A stretch of DNA of 63,953 nucleotides, filler included, from Hydrolagus affinis (GCA_012026655.1; 5 parts of 5 records of this genome joined end to end with filler, not necessarily neighbours in it); one strand, 5' to 3'. Shown: positions 12,527 to 26,880, counted from the whole stretch's first letter. Notes: a model not told the origin generated them from the sequence alone. Made by a program: numbers and translations.

Positions 12527-13917
12527 TGAGCAACAAGTTGTACAAAGTACTGACATATTTAAGTCGTGGGTCTTGCTTTGTGGCTTACTGCGCTCAAGTG
12601 TGTGCCAGTATCACATTACTATTCAACCATCATTTCCAGAGGTACCTGTAATTATTGGTGGCTGTTGTTTATTTTGGTGTTCTGTCGCGAAAATATGCTT
12701 CACGGAAAAGGAACCTCCTGCTTCAGTCTGCATAAAATAATGTTTGACAAATATGTCTTAGTTCAATTAACCATGGGTATCTGTATCAATCTAGTAATGT
12801 GTTTATACCTAAATATGTCATGTCTAGCATAAAAACAGAGCTGTTGTGTCACTAAAATAAAACTTAGCAAATTATTCATTTCCAATAAGCAGTGATGGAG
12901 GCATGGATAAGGGTTTTGGTGGCCAGAGGGCCGGCAAAATTGCCTAGGTGAGGGACAGCTGACTAGATCAAGATACAAATTTAGGGTTTAAAGGACAGTT
13001 GACAATCGACATCCAAATACACCCATGGAGTCCTACAGGTTAATTGTTGGAGCACAAGCCTCACAAAGAAGAACACTGTGTTCGAACCTCGGGTTCGGCG
13101 AAATGTAGGGGAATCTTCCTTACTCCACATGCTTTTGTTTACCAGCAGTGAATAGGAACCCAGTTGTTAGTCAATTAACAAACTGCTTTTCTGTGGTAAT
13201 AATCTCTTTAAAAATATTGGTCACTGAATCCGCAACTGTTTGTGCGATACTGCTGTGCATAACTCGCTGCCATGTTTCTATCCCAAAATATAGTCAATTC
13301 ACTTTACAGTATATTGTATGAAGTATTTTGTGATGACTCGAAAACATGATCAGAGTTATATCAAGTGCAATGATTATTATATCAGCGCCTCCCGACATGA
13401 AAGACAGTATTCAAATATAATGTGTTGTTTCTGTTGTAAATTGATGCTGACAGTGCCTGAGGTTTGAAGGCTCTGATGGAAACCAAGCAGATGAGCCTTT
13501 GTCTTGTCGACATTCAACGATGTTAGCTCTCATCCATCACATGTGATACTGTCAACAAAACAAATTACGTTATAAAGCAATGATTCTGTTTTTGAAAGCA
13601 TAAATTTCATATCACATAATCTACTGTAGTAAGAGATTTTCTCATTGTTCAGATCACTAGGATACCTTAATATTTAAAAATAATTGAGAAGTGTTTTTGC
13701 AGGTAAACAGATAGCTAAATGTGGTTCACAGATGTGGAGATCATTTTAAGCATGTGGATTTAAGTGGAGGAAAATAAGTTTAATTAGATATACAGTAGCT
13801 CAATTTTATTAGAGAGTAAATGTTAATAATGTATACATTTGTAGATCAGAATTTACCAATAAACACATTTTCTGCATGCTTTGCAAGTCTGCTTGGTTCA
13901 GTTGGTAGAGCATGTAA

Positions 13918-13995
13918 TATGAATGAATAGATGGAGGAAGGTACGGATGGATGGTTGGTCGGACGGACGGACTGACGGACGGACGAACGAATGAA
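13918..13995. repeat. Compound tetranucleotide microsatellite (GAAT/GGAT/GGAC)
   Basis: Read directly. Confidence 0.8.
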
Positions 13996-14324
13996 TGTTG
14001 CACGTTTCAAAGCACTTCACAGATTTTAAGTTCGACTTTTTTGTACACAATTCCAGCAACCAATGTGTAAATTTTAGTTTTAGTGCATGCATGCTTGTAA
14101 AACTATGTTCAACACGGAATCATAGAATCACAGAATTTTACAACACAAAAGGAAGCCATTCAGCTCATCATGCCTGTGCCTGCTCTTGGCATCCAACTAG
14201 TCCCACTCCCCTATTCTTACCCATATTCCTTCGACTTTACAGAATCATAGGTTCACCTCATTTAAATTTACCTCACACTTGAATAAATTTCTGAAGAGCA
14301 GATTGTATCAAGATGGAACCTATT

Positions 14325-14740
14325 ATTTGCTCATGTCCGTAACCATAAATTTTTCTGCATCCCTAACTATTTCAAGATCCTCACTCTTGTTTTCAAATCT
14401 CTCCATTCCTCTGCACCCACTACCTCTCTGACCTCCTCTCTCCCCAACACAGCACCTGTTGCCTTTGCTCCTCCGGTTCTGGTCTCCTCCTTGTCCCCCG
14501 AATCCTTCACTCCACCATCTGCAGCTGTGCCTTCAGCCACTTTGCCCCGAAGCTCTGGAACTCCCATCCTCATTCCTTTACCTTGCTCCCTCTCTTCCTA
14601 GTTTCAGACTTTTCTTTTCAACAGCGTCTTCGGTCACCTTTTACTCCCTGCCCATGGCTCGGGCCTGGGATTCATTATTGTGAAGCACTCTGAGATCCCG
14701 TCCAGCGTAGAGGGTGCTACATAAATCAATGTTGTTGTTA
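14325..14740 (+). mobile_element. L2-type LINE 3' fragment
   Basis: ttcaagatcctcactctt.. and a pyrimidine-rich 3' region ending in the shared tail. Confidence 0.65.
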
Positions 14741-17001
14741 TGTACAATGAATTACTGTATTGAAATCAATCTGTCTGCTATTCTACCTGATTTTTTTCTC
14801 ATGTTCTTAAAAATATGAAACTCTTTGTCACCCTCAGGTTTTCTATCAGATATATGCAAAAAAAAACTATTTTCCCCTTTCAAAGCTTTGTAAACATTGT
14901 CTTTTAAATACTGTGTTAAGGTGAAGTATAAATGCCACAAATATTTACTTAGGTGCTCCCACAACACAATTCTAAATCAGTAGTTCACAAGCACATTAGA
15001 TTGGATGTGTTTGTGTGCATCCTGAGGATTATCCATGTACTTCACCTTTCATTATTGATATCTTCACGAAATCACCTATGATTATAGCTAAGAATACTCC
15101 AGCAGTCACATTAAATCAATGATATGTAAAAAAAACTCTTAAACGTTTGATGAATATTTAATAAAGTGTTTATGTTTCATGATATATGTAACTGTTAGCC
15201 CAGCCCACGAGATTCAACTCTGAATTAACAAAGTATTGCAATAAAGTGGATAACTCAAATATATCTCAGGATGGCCGCAATGAAAACTGACAGTGACCGG
15301 GTTATGAGTTAACTTATAAAGAACTTGACAAAGTATGGCGCAACATCCTCAGCATGGGCGTATCTAAAATATATCTAACCAGGAGAAACTGATCTTTCTA
15401 CCGTGTTGCCTCTGCAACTTTCAGATGCTTCTGCAACCTACAGAACACTAATTGCAGTGCAAATGTTTGGTTTTCATCTAGGTTTAGATCACGACTTAAA
15501 GTTAACGCCAACCACGTGATTTAATGTGACTCACTGAGGGGAAATAGTTGTCGGTCTGTCAGTCTCGCTCAGTTGGGAGCACTCTCTGAGTCACAAGGTG
15601 TGGATTGAAGCATTACCATGACACTTACAATTCATGTACTATAGACTGGGCTGCACCTCAGTGCATTTCTGAGTGAATTGCATTTTTAGAAGTGCCATCC
15701 TTTGGCAGTAAATCTAAATATAAACGCTCTTTACAACATTGAGCTACAATGGTACAATTCAGTTGGAACTCTCCATCTGGTTTGGTTGCTCATAAGCCTG
15801 GCAATTGGTTTCCATACATGTTGGGCATTGGCTGTGAAAGGAAACAGTGTAATCATTCCTCTTTTGAGAGTGCATTGCCTCTGATTTAATTTAGGATGGT
15901 TTTGTGGAATAACTAAGCACAAGTTTAAACTTACATAGAAACAATAATTTATATGAGGCAGTGATTGTGTCTGTGCCACTGTCATGCATGTTTCTGTGTC
16001 ATGCATTTTAATGAATTCAATATTCCAGTTCCTTCTTCATATCTGTTAATATTTTATTAACCATGTTTTTTATGGTTAACTTTCAAAGGATTTATTAATA
16101 CACAAACCAAATTAACAGCACCCGCTACCCAGCAAAATGTGCAACATTTGCTTCCTCTAAGTTAGTTGTTAGTAAATATATCAGACATACAAAATCAATC
16201 GGCGGTTAAGCTGAACATCAGATAACATTCACTGTTGTTTTAAAGTGCACAACCACATGTACGCAATTGCAGATCGCATCTTTACATCTCTGTAAACATG
16301 ATTTTTAGGCGGACGCAAACATGTGTAACCCACTAAAATAGCTCACATTAGACTGTCGAAATTTCCGAAACCACCAGAACCGCATTTATTTGCAGCAAGC
16401 AGTCATTTTCCATTACGCAAAATGGCTATGTTTTGTGCATCCTGCCCCTTGCCTCTTAAAAGGACACATTCACTTTTGATTTGTATATTTTCCATGTCTG
16501 ATCTTTGGGTTACATATGCAATTGAATTTTTACTTTTTGGTGGTATGGCCAATGAACGTTCAAGCATGAAACAGAAAGGCACAAAATAATACCTTCAACT
16601 AAACGTTATTCTCTTTTAAGATTCATCTAATGTGGATGTGAATGTGAAGTGCTTGATTGCAGAGCTCAGTTCGAAACAATTACAGCCAGAATAAAATTTG
16701 GTGACAAATAAAAGTTTGTTTTTTATGGTAAGTGACATTTTACTGAAGATTGGCATCACTGCAATTGTAGTACACAACTAAATAGTACACATTTATAATA
16801 TTTATATTTGTGTTCTTGTACTTTATTGTCAAAAAATTATGTTGTGTTAGGTTTAGTCAAATCATTAGGTTTATTTTATGTTTAATCAGTAATTCAATGT
16901 GTATAATAGGTAGTATAACATTAGAAATTTAGATATATAACTGAGAAGGCTGCAGAATTGCAGGAACCAGCCTGTCTGTAAAACAGAACTGAATATAGCC
17001 A

Positions 17002-17179
17002 AAACACAAAATACCACAGATGCTGGGAATCTGAAACAAAAACAAAAGTTGCTGGGGAAACTCAGCAGGTCAAACAGCATCCATGGAGAAAGGAAAAGGA
17101 GTCCACGTTTGACTCTTTTTCCTTTCTCCATAGATGCTGTTTGAGCTGCTGAGTTTCCCCAGCAACTTTTGTTTTTGTT
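17002..17179. mobile_element. Palindromic non-autonomous element flanked by a 14-bp direct repeat
   Basis: 69-bp inverted arms 17035-17103 / 17111-17179 (3 mismatches, 7-nt loop). actgaatatagcca at 16988-17001 and 17180-17193. Confidence 0.8.
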
Positions 17180-18134
17180 ACTGAATATAGCCAGGTTGGC
17201 ACCAGTTGTAGTAGATATGATAATTGTGAAGGACAGAAAACAGAAAAACATATTCAGTTAAATATATCACTATATTTACTCTTTGTCTTCCAAACGGTAG
17301 GGAATCACATGATAAGCGAGGAGGCAGAACCAGCCAAGGAAAGACACACAGAGACCATTGAGTCTGACTGCTCCAAAACTGGCATTGTAATTTTGTTTCT
17401 GGAAGTGACATTATTATTTTACCAGTTTTGTATGTGTTACTATGATTAATAAATCTCTATTACACAATATTGATACGTATATACGTATACAGGTAGACCC
17501 CGCTTAACATTGCTTCGGTCAACATTGTTTCATTATGCTGTTGCTGATACACAGGGAACATATATACATTTGCAACGTTCGCTATTACATTGTTCCCCAG
17601 CAGATGGAAACAAACTATTTTAGTTTGGGTAGCGTAGGCTACTGTCCAGTATTCTGACACAGCGTCTATCTACAGACTTAATGTTGCCATTTTAAGTTAG
17701 TGCGCAGTGTGAGGTCGGTAATATTTTTTTGATCGTGATTTATTTTCAGCACCTTGGGACGTCCTCCCAACGTGAAAGGCGTTCTATAAATATGATTTTG
17801 TTGTTGCTGTTATTTGTGCTTATTTATTTCCTCTATAAACATGAGTCAAAAACGCCCAGGAAATGACAGTGGTGAATCTGGTAGTAAAAAAAAAACAGGA
17901 AATCTATTATTCTTTAATGAAATGAGATGTTTTAACCCGTTTTGATGCCATGAGTGTTATATTATTTCAATTATATATTTTATAGTTATGAATGTACATG
18001 TATTTCAACTTATTATTTTTTTAAAGAACATTTTGACGAAAAATGTCCAAAACAACCTAACTCCGGTTTATACATTAATTCTTATGGGAAAAAATGTGTT
18101 TGCTCAACCCCGTTTCACTTAAAGTTGTTTCGCT

Positions 18135-18315
18135 TAAAGGAACAGGTGATATTCCTTTCATCCGACATCGTTCCCACCAACTTCAAAATAGCCGCCATCC
18201 CCCACATCCTCAAGAAACCTTCCTGTGATGCATCGCAGGTCTCAAGCTATCGGCCCATCTCCAACCTCCCCTTACTGTCAAAAGTATTTGAAAGAGTTGT
18301 TGCCTCACAACTCTA
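18135..18315 (+). mobile_element. L2-type LINE ORF2 fragment (pre-RT region)
   Basis: ILKKPSCDASQVSSYRPISNLPLLSKVFERVVASQL matches the canonical LKKP..YRPISNL..LSKxxExVV motif. Confidence 0.85.
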
Positions 18316-18590
18316 ACAGGAGTTGTTATTGGAAATATATTAACTATTACTTGGAACCAAATATTGTCTTGCTGAATATTTCATAAAAAGTTGTATAAAA
18401 TAGCATTCAACTTCACTTATGATGTTTTGAATTGAACAGATTCATCTGAGACTATTTGCCCAAGAGGAAGTCTCCTGAAAATCTTCCTTAACCAGAAGTG
18501 TGAGCATCAAATGTCTATCTATTTTGTCCTATTTTATTAACATTACATGGTAAATACCTCCCTTCAAATTGGTTATTACATTTTCTTCCT

Positions 18591-19052
18591 TTGCCAACCT
18601 GCTGCTCTCTCCACCTCTCGAAGCCAATCAGGAATCTGGGCATCTTGTTTGACCCCGAACTATCCTTCCTCCCCCACATCCGCTCCATGACCGGCACAGC
18701 CTTCCACCACCTCTGCAATATTGCCAGGCTCCACCACTACCTCACCCCCAACACCGCCAAAATGCTGATTTACATCTTTATCACTTCCAGGCTCGACTAC
18801 GGGAACTCTCTCCTCGTCGGCCTCCCCAGCTCCTCCCTTCACAGGCTGCAAATCATTCAGAACTCTGCAGCTCGTGTACTCTCCCATACCAGGCTTCGCA
18901 CATCACTCCCGCTCTCACCCATCTCCACTGGCTCCCCATCACCCAAAGGATCGAATTCAAGATCCTTGTCCTCACTTCCAAGGCCATCCATGGACTTGCC
19001 CCCACCTATCTCTCTGACCTTCTGTCTCTCTATCACCTTGCCCTCACCCTCC
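18591..19052 (+). mobile_element. L2-type LINE ORF2 C-terminal fragment
   Basis: RNLGILFDPELSFLPHI..AFHHLCNIARL..FITSRLDYGNSLLVGLP..LHRLQIIQNSAARVL. Confidence 0.88.
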
Positions 19053-19152
19053 NNNNNNNNNNNNNNNNNNNNNNNNNNNNNNNNNNNNNNNNNNNNTTAA
19101 TTAATTAANNNNNNNNNNNNNNNNNNNNNNNNNNNNNNNNNNNNNNNNNNNN
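19053..19152. other. Assembly gap with artificial TTAATTAATTAA spacer (same at 31087-31186, 41932-42031, 53803-53902; plain gap 6602-6701)
   Basis: 44 N + 12-mer + 44 N, identical in four places. The 12-mer gives stops in all six frames. Confidence 0.95.
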
Positions 19153-20558
19153 GTGAAGAAGTGTGTACTTATCTCTGTGCGAAAAGGCTGACCCCCTAGT
19201 CTTAAATCACTGACCCCCTAGTTAAGCAAGCAATAGATACGAAACTTATTGTTTCTGGATAGCTGAATCGCTTTACTGGTGGTAACAGTTTGTTCAAAAA
19301 TAATAAATAAAAAAAGCAATGAGTACTTTCATCCAATTATACTGTTTGTGGTAGACTGGTTTGCGCAATTTTCTTGCAGAAATCGCCCTCAAGATATATG
19401 GGAAACTCACTCGGGAATATAATCAGTGAAGCGCTTCGAGTCCCCAAGAAGACATGATAAGGCGAACAACCCAATGCACGTATTCCCATTGTCACAAGCT
19501 TTATCGAAAATTTATTCTTTGTAAGTAGATATTTCTACAGAGTCTCTTTCACTCAGTGTTTCAGGAATCCTTTCACTAATACATCTGACAGGTAGTCAGA
19601 ATAATGCTAATCTGTGTACGTAGAGTGAAGATTAAATTAACTTGAAGGTGAGTGTCGTTCATTGCGGTTGTCAGTCTTGCTCTATTTACAGAGCATTTGC
19701 ATCTGAGTCAAATGATAGTGGGTTTAAACACTGATTGATGAAATGGAACTCATAGCATTTAATGTAATCCCCCTAAATTATTCCCAATAACGGGCCTATG
19801 TATATGGATATGCCTTTCGCCTGGTACGACATCATCAAACAACAACAGGATTGCATTTGTAGAGCGACTTTCATGTCACGGGGGACGTCCCAAGGCGAGT
19901 CATCAAACAGAGGCTGTTTCTGTCCATCAGGCGGAAGGTAAACATCTAATGTCACTTTCACAGAAGAGCTGATGAAATATATAAAACGGATCGGTTCAAT
20001 TTATTCGTTTCTCTTTCTGGGAAACGTATGTGACAGACAGGCAAAAAAAAACATTTTTGTTAAAACAAAACGTCCTAAATAAAAGTTAGACCTAAGCTGA
20101 CATTTCATTTGAACAGGAAATTTTTGTGGAGTCAAATTAATACAATTACAATATAACGCAAATCTACATTTGTACCGTGACTTTCACGTAAGAAGGACGT
20201 CCCAAGGTGTTGCACAGTCTGGTATTTGGGCAAAAGCTGGTTGTCAAGATTGGGTAGGAAGGAGGGCTGGGAGAACAAGTTGGTTACCAACGGTCCTGTC
20301 TAAGAGGAAGGCTTTGAGATGTGCCTTGAAGGAGGCAAGGGAAGGAGGCAAGGGGAGGCGGAGTTACTCTGAACACAATGGAAAGTGATAGGAGGTGTCG
20401 TAACATGTCTCCAGCAATGAATACAGACAAGGTAATGACGCAGGGCTCATAGACGACTCCACGAATGAATACACATGTATAATTGAGGAGCTGGCTTGTA
20501 GCTGATGTATTGTTGTATTTGGAACAATCACCTCGTCGTGAGTCGACGACTGTTGAGA

Positions 20559-21015
20559 ATGATGCAGAATTTCACTGCAACATACGCTGTTATTAATTTC
20601 TTCGTATTATTGTTGTGTAAGTGGATAAAGTGTTTGAAGAAAATTAGCTTCACTTTTCAATGCTGAATAAGTACAAATTAGCTTTTCTGATACTATCCGA
20701 ATTTCTTTCAAAGATTGTTCATTTCTATTCCCCAGGTGTCTTGGTTGAACTTGAAGTGTCACAGAATCCTCAGGCACTGACAGAGAATGCAAATGGAAAT
20801 GTGTCGCTGGAGTGCAGAACCACTGAATACGTCAATTACTTTCATTGGTACAAACAGTATGAAAATGGTTCCATCCAATACTTGGTGATGGGAACCAGAG
20901 AGACGAAGGAAGGGGCGAGGATCAGTGCCTTGGCTGACACAAACGAGAAAAACAGCACACTATTAATCAAAGATGTGCAAGTGACAGACACCGCCACTTA
21001 CTTCTGTGCAACGAG
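20559..21015 (+). CDS. TCR alpha/delta-type V segment, family A copy 1 (apparently functional)
   Basis: Leader 20559-20616 (MMQNFTATYAVINFFVLLL). V exon 20736-21015 (..LEC..WYKQ..DTATYFCATS). RSS cacagtg 21016-21022, 23 bp spacer, acaaaaaca 21046-21054. Confidence 0.92.
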
Positions 21016-22128
21016 CACAGTGCTGCGTGTCTCAGAGGAGCCTGTACAAAAACAGGATGATGTCGCTGCAGACCAATGCGTAAAGAACTCCCAAGCAAGT
21101 AGAGCTGGGGTTCGATTCTTGGCTAGGCAAAATATTGGGCGACTTTCCTTATTCTAAAAGTCTCTGTTGATAGTTGAAGTTTGTAGGGACCTGGTTCTCT
21201 GTCGATTGAGGGATCGCTTTCCTGGAAATTCAATTCAATCCGCAACTGTTTGTGAGACGCTGCTCTGCACACATTGCCTGCTGCAAATAGCCCAACATAT
21301 CAGTTCAATTCACTTCACAGCAGAACTCTGAATAATGAATCAGGCACAATTTATGTTGCAAGGTTTATAATTACAATAACGCAGAGCATTATGTAGGAAA
21401 CCGGCTGCTAGACGACTGGCCGATAGCCTTTCCTGGGGCAATATTCCAATAATAAAATGGATGTGTCTCGATTAAGTTTTGCTAGACAAGACGGAGTACA
21501 ATTGGCTGCCGTGTATTTTATTGAGAAAATACATGATCGCTACACATGGAAGAGATTAGAGATGTTTTAAAGATGGGATAAGATGCTACATCAAACACAA
21601 TAACATTTATTGTACATCAAATTTGGATTCGTACGCTAGAAAGCATGAGATGTGTTCGTCACATGTTTACACACTGGTTAGTAAAATACGAACTAAACCA
21701 AGTTTTGGCGAATAATTGTGCTAAAAAAAATCTTGTGTTTTGTACACAAACGGCTGTAACCCAAAGCCTCTAGATGAAATGGTGCAGGAAGGAAACTTGC
21801 AAGTTACTAGGGCAGAGACATCAGAGAAACTGGTGATGTAACGTGTCTCCTGCCCATTGGCTCTGAACCCTCTCAATAAACCATTTCAGCTCTTTACCAT
21901 ATTAATGGAAATGAACCAATAGGGGAGCAAGTTGGAAGAACAGAGTGAATGATGCAAAGTGACAGAGACATAAGTGTTGTAAATAACCTTCAGACCTGCT
22001 CTGTAAATTCTGTATGCCATATCTTGTTCTGCCATCCAAACCGCATCTATCTGTCTCCCAGCCAACGGTGTGGAACTCCACCATCAACGCTCCCTCGACA
22101 CCACATGCCACTAAACACACATATCACA

Positions 22129-22961
22129 ATGTATATTTACCTGGCAGCAGCCATCGTTATCTTCGTAGGTAAGCCGCAAACTTATATCAATATATTCCTG
22201 CACATTTTACAGAATGCGTATTTTTTCTTATTCCATGAATTACCCAATAAACTACAAAACTTGACAAGCGGTAGCGTCCTGTAACTCAGTGAGTAGGGAG
22301 GGCGAAACTACAGGCAAGTTTACTTGCGGCACACACGCGTCCATGTTTCAGTAGTTTTAGGTATGAACCCTACTATAGGTAAACTTACTGATCGCGTCTC
22401 CAAAGCATTGAATTCAAAAATTTAATCATATCTAAATCAATCAATTAACTAGTGTTTTGGGGAAACCGATATGCGCAATTGGTTCTGTCGTTTTGCCCAG
22501 AAAATGTGCTAAATTAATGTTCTGTGAAGCGCTTTGTGCTGTCGCGGATACGGGCTAAGGCGCTGTAGTAAATGAAAGAATTACCAACATCAATATTTTT
22601 GTGGTTATTATTATTAATCACATTATTATTATTTATCTACCTTGTTTCTAGGACATTGTGAAGGCGACGCTGTGACACAGCTCCAATATATTATGACAGC
22701 AAATGTAGGGGAGGATGCAATATTGCAGTGTAATTATACAGCTACTAGTGACATCGGAATGTATCTGTACTGGTACCGTCACTATCCCAACTCAGCCCCA
22801 GAATATATCCTCAGCACATCCACCAGCAACAGACCACAATATGCAGACTTTGCCAAAGGACATTTCTCAGCAACAGTGGATAAAGTGGGGAGAACCGTGC
22901 CATTAAATATATCCCAAGTGAGAGTCACAGATTCGGCGGTGTATTACTGTGCACTGAGCCA
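22129..22961 (+). CDS. TCR V segment, family B copy 1 (WYRH type)
   Basis: Leader 22129-22168 (MYIYLAAAIVIFV). V exon 22652-22961 (..LQC..WYRHYP..DSAVYYCALSH). RSS cacagag 22962, 23 bp, acaaagact 22992-23000. Confidence 0.92.
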
Positions 22962-23628
22962 CACAGAGACACAGATCAGCGGTACCGCCGTACAAAGACT
23001 AGCATGTGGAGTCCTGTAGCTCATTATTTACAGCACTCGCCTCACAGGCAAGATACAAGGGTTTTAATTCACGGCTGGGCGAAATGTGCGGCAAGTTTCC
23101 TTACGCAACATATATGTGGCTGTTTACATGGCAGTAAGTCGGAACTATGTTGTTAGCGGATTAGTGATTCGCTATTCCGGGCGTAAGAATTCCTTCAGAA
23201 TATTGATGATATTAATAAATTGGTCATTCAATCCAATGGATCTATGATGTGCAAAATTGGCTTTCGCGTTTCTCCCACGCAACAAGAAGTCAAAGCGTTT
23301 ACATTACATTCTTTAAAGCGCTATGCTGCACCTCTAAGATATGATATGGTGATATATCAAAGGCAAATACATATCAAAGGAAACTTGATATTTTTTATTA
23401 AATACGGTATTGTCACAAGAAAACCTAAATATTCTTGGCTTTTCGGAAGACCTTTACGATATAGACGTCGTTCTGTGCAGTTCTAGTCGATTGCTGAACA
23501 TTTTAAAAAGTAAATAAATCAATAGCTTGCGTTTGTACAGCGCCATTCAGAAAGGGAATGTTGAGCCTACCTGGAAACCATTTATTATGAAATGTCTCCA
23601 ATTGTGCACGTTCTGTACCTGCAATCCA

Positions 23629-23642
23629 CCAGTAGATGGCGC
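23629..23642 (+). promoter_or_regulatory. CTCF core-motif match
   Basis: CCAGTAGATGGCGC fits CCASYAGRKGGCRS exactly; ~630 bp 3' of an RSS. Confidence 0.6.
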
Positions 23643-24658
23643 ACTAAGCACATCCAGTATCCAACATGAGCTGCAACTGACATAACTTGCCGCATTCCCT
23701 TCTGTAACTAACTTCCTTGTGAGCTATTGCAGGTGCTTCCTGTTACAGTTGATGCTGGAGCTTCATACACACTATGGCCTCTGCAGCTGAAAAGTGCTAA
23801 TGTTTGTTTGCGTAAATAAGAATCATGTTATTGTTGTTCCAGAATCAATTGGTGTAACACGTTTTCCATCTTACTTTCTTTCACCCCAAAAGATCAACCT
23901 CTATTGAGTAGCTTTCACTCTGGTCTTCAACATCTTAGGTTTTCTCAATGGCTATATGGGCACTTTTTTGGTTAATTGGGGGAAGGAGAATACAATTTTT
24001 CAGTTTAATTTTAAGTTGCAGAAGTAAAGCTATTTCTTAGTTTGGGCCCTTCTGCCTTGGATTCAGTTCGAAACAGAACAGCAAAGCGATTCAAGTTACA
24101 ACAGTCCCTGCCTTGTACAACATGCCTTCATTTAGGAGTTGCAAATAAAGAGTTCAGTATGAGTAATTAAAAAATATATGTCTGCACTTTGAAGACAAAT
24201 ACAATGGGCAATTGGAACACAGTGACATGCACAGAAATATTCACGAATTGTGGCTCCATCTAAGTTTTCTTGATAATATACCCTTGACACAGTCATGAAT
24301 TAGAATTTCAATCCAGCACATCATCTCAATGCACAGTGTTGAACCTTGAACCAAAACCCTCCCGACTCATTAGGTATACTAACAGAAACACAGGCAGTTT
24401 GTCAACTTGATTACAGGATTGTTTGTGCGTGAAAAATACCCCTATTCCCTCCATTCTAGTCCGGATCACTTGCAGCCAATCATCAACTGATTAAGGCAAA
24501 GATACACAGGTTAGTGTGAAACGCCTACAATACTATTGAATAACGCACTGCCTGCACAAATCACATCAGCCGTTGCCTCACTACTTGTAACTGAAGCAGT
24601 CGAACAGACATATAAACAGGAAGAGATTCCACTATCTGCCCTCACCTCAGCAGCCAGC

Positions 24659-25529
24659 ATGACAGGTCACTGTCAGTTACTGATAGCAATCCTCACCATA
24701 GCAAGTAAGTATGTGTGGACATGCCCAGGGCATGTGATTTGGTATTACTAGATCTGAAAAGCGCTATATCACATGTCAGTATCATTATTATATAATATTC
24801 GGTAGTGTAGCAATTAGAGCACTCCAATTGAAAAAGAAAGCACCTGAGCGTAACTCACGGCAGGGCTAATTGTTGGACAATTTGCTTTACACCAACACAC
24901 GACTTTGTGAGTCTACCAGTAATTAGGAACTGTATTCAACTTCCACCTCGAATCTTCTCTCCGACAATTATTGATAATATCAATACTTTGAGAGCTCACT
25001 CTCAAACTCTTTATGGGACACTGTTGTGCACAAATAGCTATGAGGTTCGCCTGAAAAGGCGATTGGAGTCAATTCATTTGAATTTATATTCATGGGTTGT
25101 TTTGTGTATAGTTTTTGTAACGTCTCGTTGTTGTGAAAATTCCAGCAAGAAAACTCAATAATAGTTGGTATTATTCGAAATGCACATTAATCTTTACTTT
25201 GCCTTGTGAAAAACAATTTTTTTTATTGCAGACGTTACCGGGAAAGATGTAATATACCAATATCCTCCTGAGATAAGGGAGTTTGAAGGACAAGACGCGA
25301 GAATAAACTGCAATTATTCCACAATGGACGCTGCCTTCTGGTACAGGCAATATCCAGATGGAGAGCTTCAGTACTTCTTCAGGTTATATGCCTCGAGAAA
25401 GGTAGACAAAGCTCCTGATATTCCTGACCGTTTCACTGCCAAGCTGGACAAGGAGAATAAAGTATTTAACTTGCAAATACTCAGGGCTGTTGTGGGTGAT
25501 GGCGCCGTGTATTACTGTGCCCTGCAGCC
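24659..25529 (+). CDS. TCR V segment, family C copy 1
   Basis: TATAAA 24611. Leader 24659-24704. V exon 25232-25529 (..INCNYS..WYRQYP..DGAVYYCALQP). RSS cacagta 25530, 23 bp, acaaaaact 25560-25568. Confidence 0.92.
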
Positions 25530-26731
25530 CACAGTATGACAGAAGGCCAGATACACTGTACAAAAACTCAGCAGACAATCGCAACTTCCTGTCACACATT
25601 CAAATTCTTGCTGCCAACACATTGAGGTGGCTACACTATTATAACAGGGAGGGCGTTGGACAGAGGCTGTGGAGTGTAGTGCAGAGGTTGGAGTACTCGC
25701 CTTGCTCGCGAGTGGACCTCCGATTCATACCCAAGCGTTGGGAATCCTTAGGTAGTTCTCCACACTCTGGAAGAACATACATCTTTACTTAACAGTTGCT
25801 TAGAACCTTCCTGTTAGTCCATGTGTGGATCGCTTTCCCTGCGTTTATAATCCGTTAAATAAGCATAATAATATAAATGTAATTACTCTATACACGTACG
25901 TTTGTAGGACACTGCTTTGCTCAGTGGCCTGCCAGTGTTTCTTCCACCAAGACACACACTGTCAAGACACATTACAGTAGATTCTGTGAAGCCCTACGAG
26001 ACATGCGAAAAATATCGCCATATCAAATCCAAAGATATTTTTTAAATTATTGTTGCAGTACCATATAATAATAATCAAACATCTAACTTCACTTACATAC
26101 TGTGGATGATATAATAGATTCCTGACGGACATACTGGGCTTACACACTTGTGCAGATCTGGGGGGGTGTCTAGAAATGCCAGAGAAGCTGCTCTTCAGTG
26201 GGACCATCAAACAGTGGTCCAGTCGGTTTGTAACAAGCGTCGTTAATGATCCCATGTCCCTGTGAGAGCAATAATAGGGTTTCTACTGGTGACTGGGCAG
26301 ACATTCCATCAGCACAATTATATGTTCACTTCACAGATGACTGAGGGAAAATTGTTTTAAATAAATTAGCTGATGACGTTGCCAAACACACAGTCTCTGC
26401 CTCGAGAGAAAAGCCTTTGTGGCCCTATAGGAATCTTCCATGAACTGATTTGATAAGGATGTATGCAAAAGAATGTTAAACCTAAAGAGCTCCTTGAAGG
26501 CACATTTCTTCCGATATTGCATTCCCTTAGAAAATTACAATAATAATATTAATAACACTAACAGCTATATTTGATGAATTCGATGTAGTCCAGAATATTT
26601 CATTCACGTGATTCAAAGTGATTAAAATAATATACTGAAAAGTGCATTAACTTACTATCTTGTGTGCTAAACGAACTCTGTTGGCAGCAGATTGGGGAAT
26701 GAATGTCACACCAGCAAACATACAGGAAATG

Positions 26732-26739
26732 TGACGTCA
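26732..26739 (+). promoter_or_regulatory. CRE palindrome in a V promoter
   Basis: TGACGTCA, 149 bp upstream of the leader ATG at 26881. Confidence 0.5.
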
Positions 26740-26880
26740 GTGGAGGCGTCACCGTGAGTATAGTTATAACCTACACTGTTAGCGGCACTCGACAAACATT
26801 CATGATCGTTTATCAGCAGTTAGCTGGTGTCTGCTTGCATTTCTTCTGGAGGTTTTCACATGAATCGACGAGGCTTGAGA

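Noticed and set aside
17100-17115. Possible hammerhead ribozyme in the palindromic element (and its relative at ~54850)
   Set aside because: No CTGANGA...GAAA catalytic core could be found.
17597-17610. Weak CTCF-like words (CCAGCAGATGGAAA here; CCGCAGGATGGCGC at 38170)
   Set aside because: Mismatches at core positions; expected by chance.
19097-19108. Recurring TTAATTAATTAA palindrome inside N runs (also 31131, 41976, 53847)
   Set aside because: Identical position in the middle of four 100-bp gaps; an artificial six-frame-stop contig spacer, not biology.
19773-19961. ORF beginning VTLDVYLPP, reminiscent of an Ig C domain start
   Set aside because: No Cys/Trp framework; the rest is an L2-type tail read in reverse.
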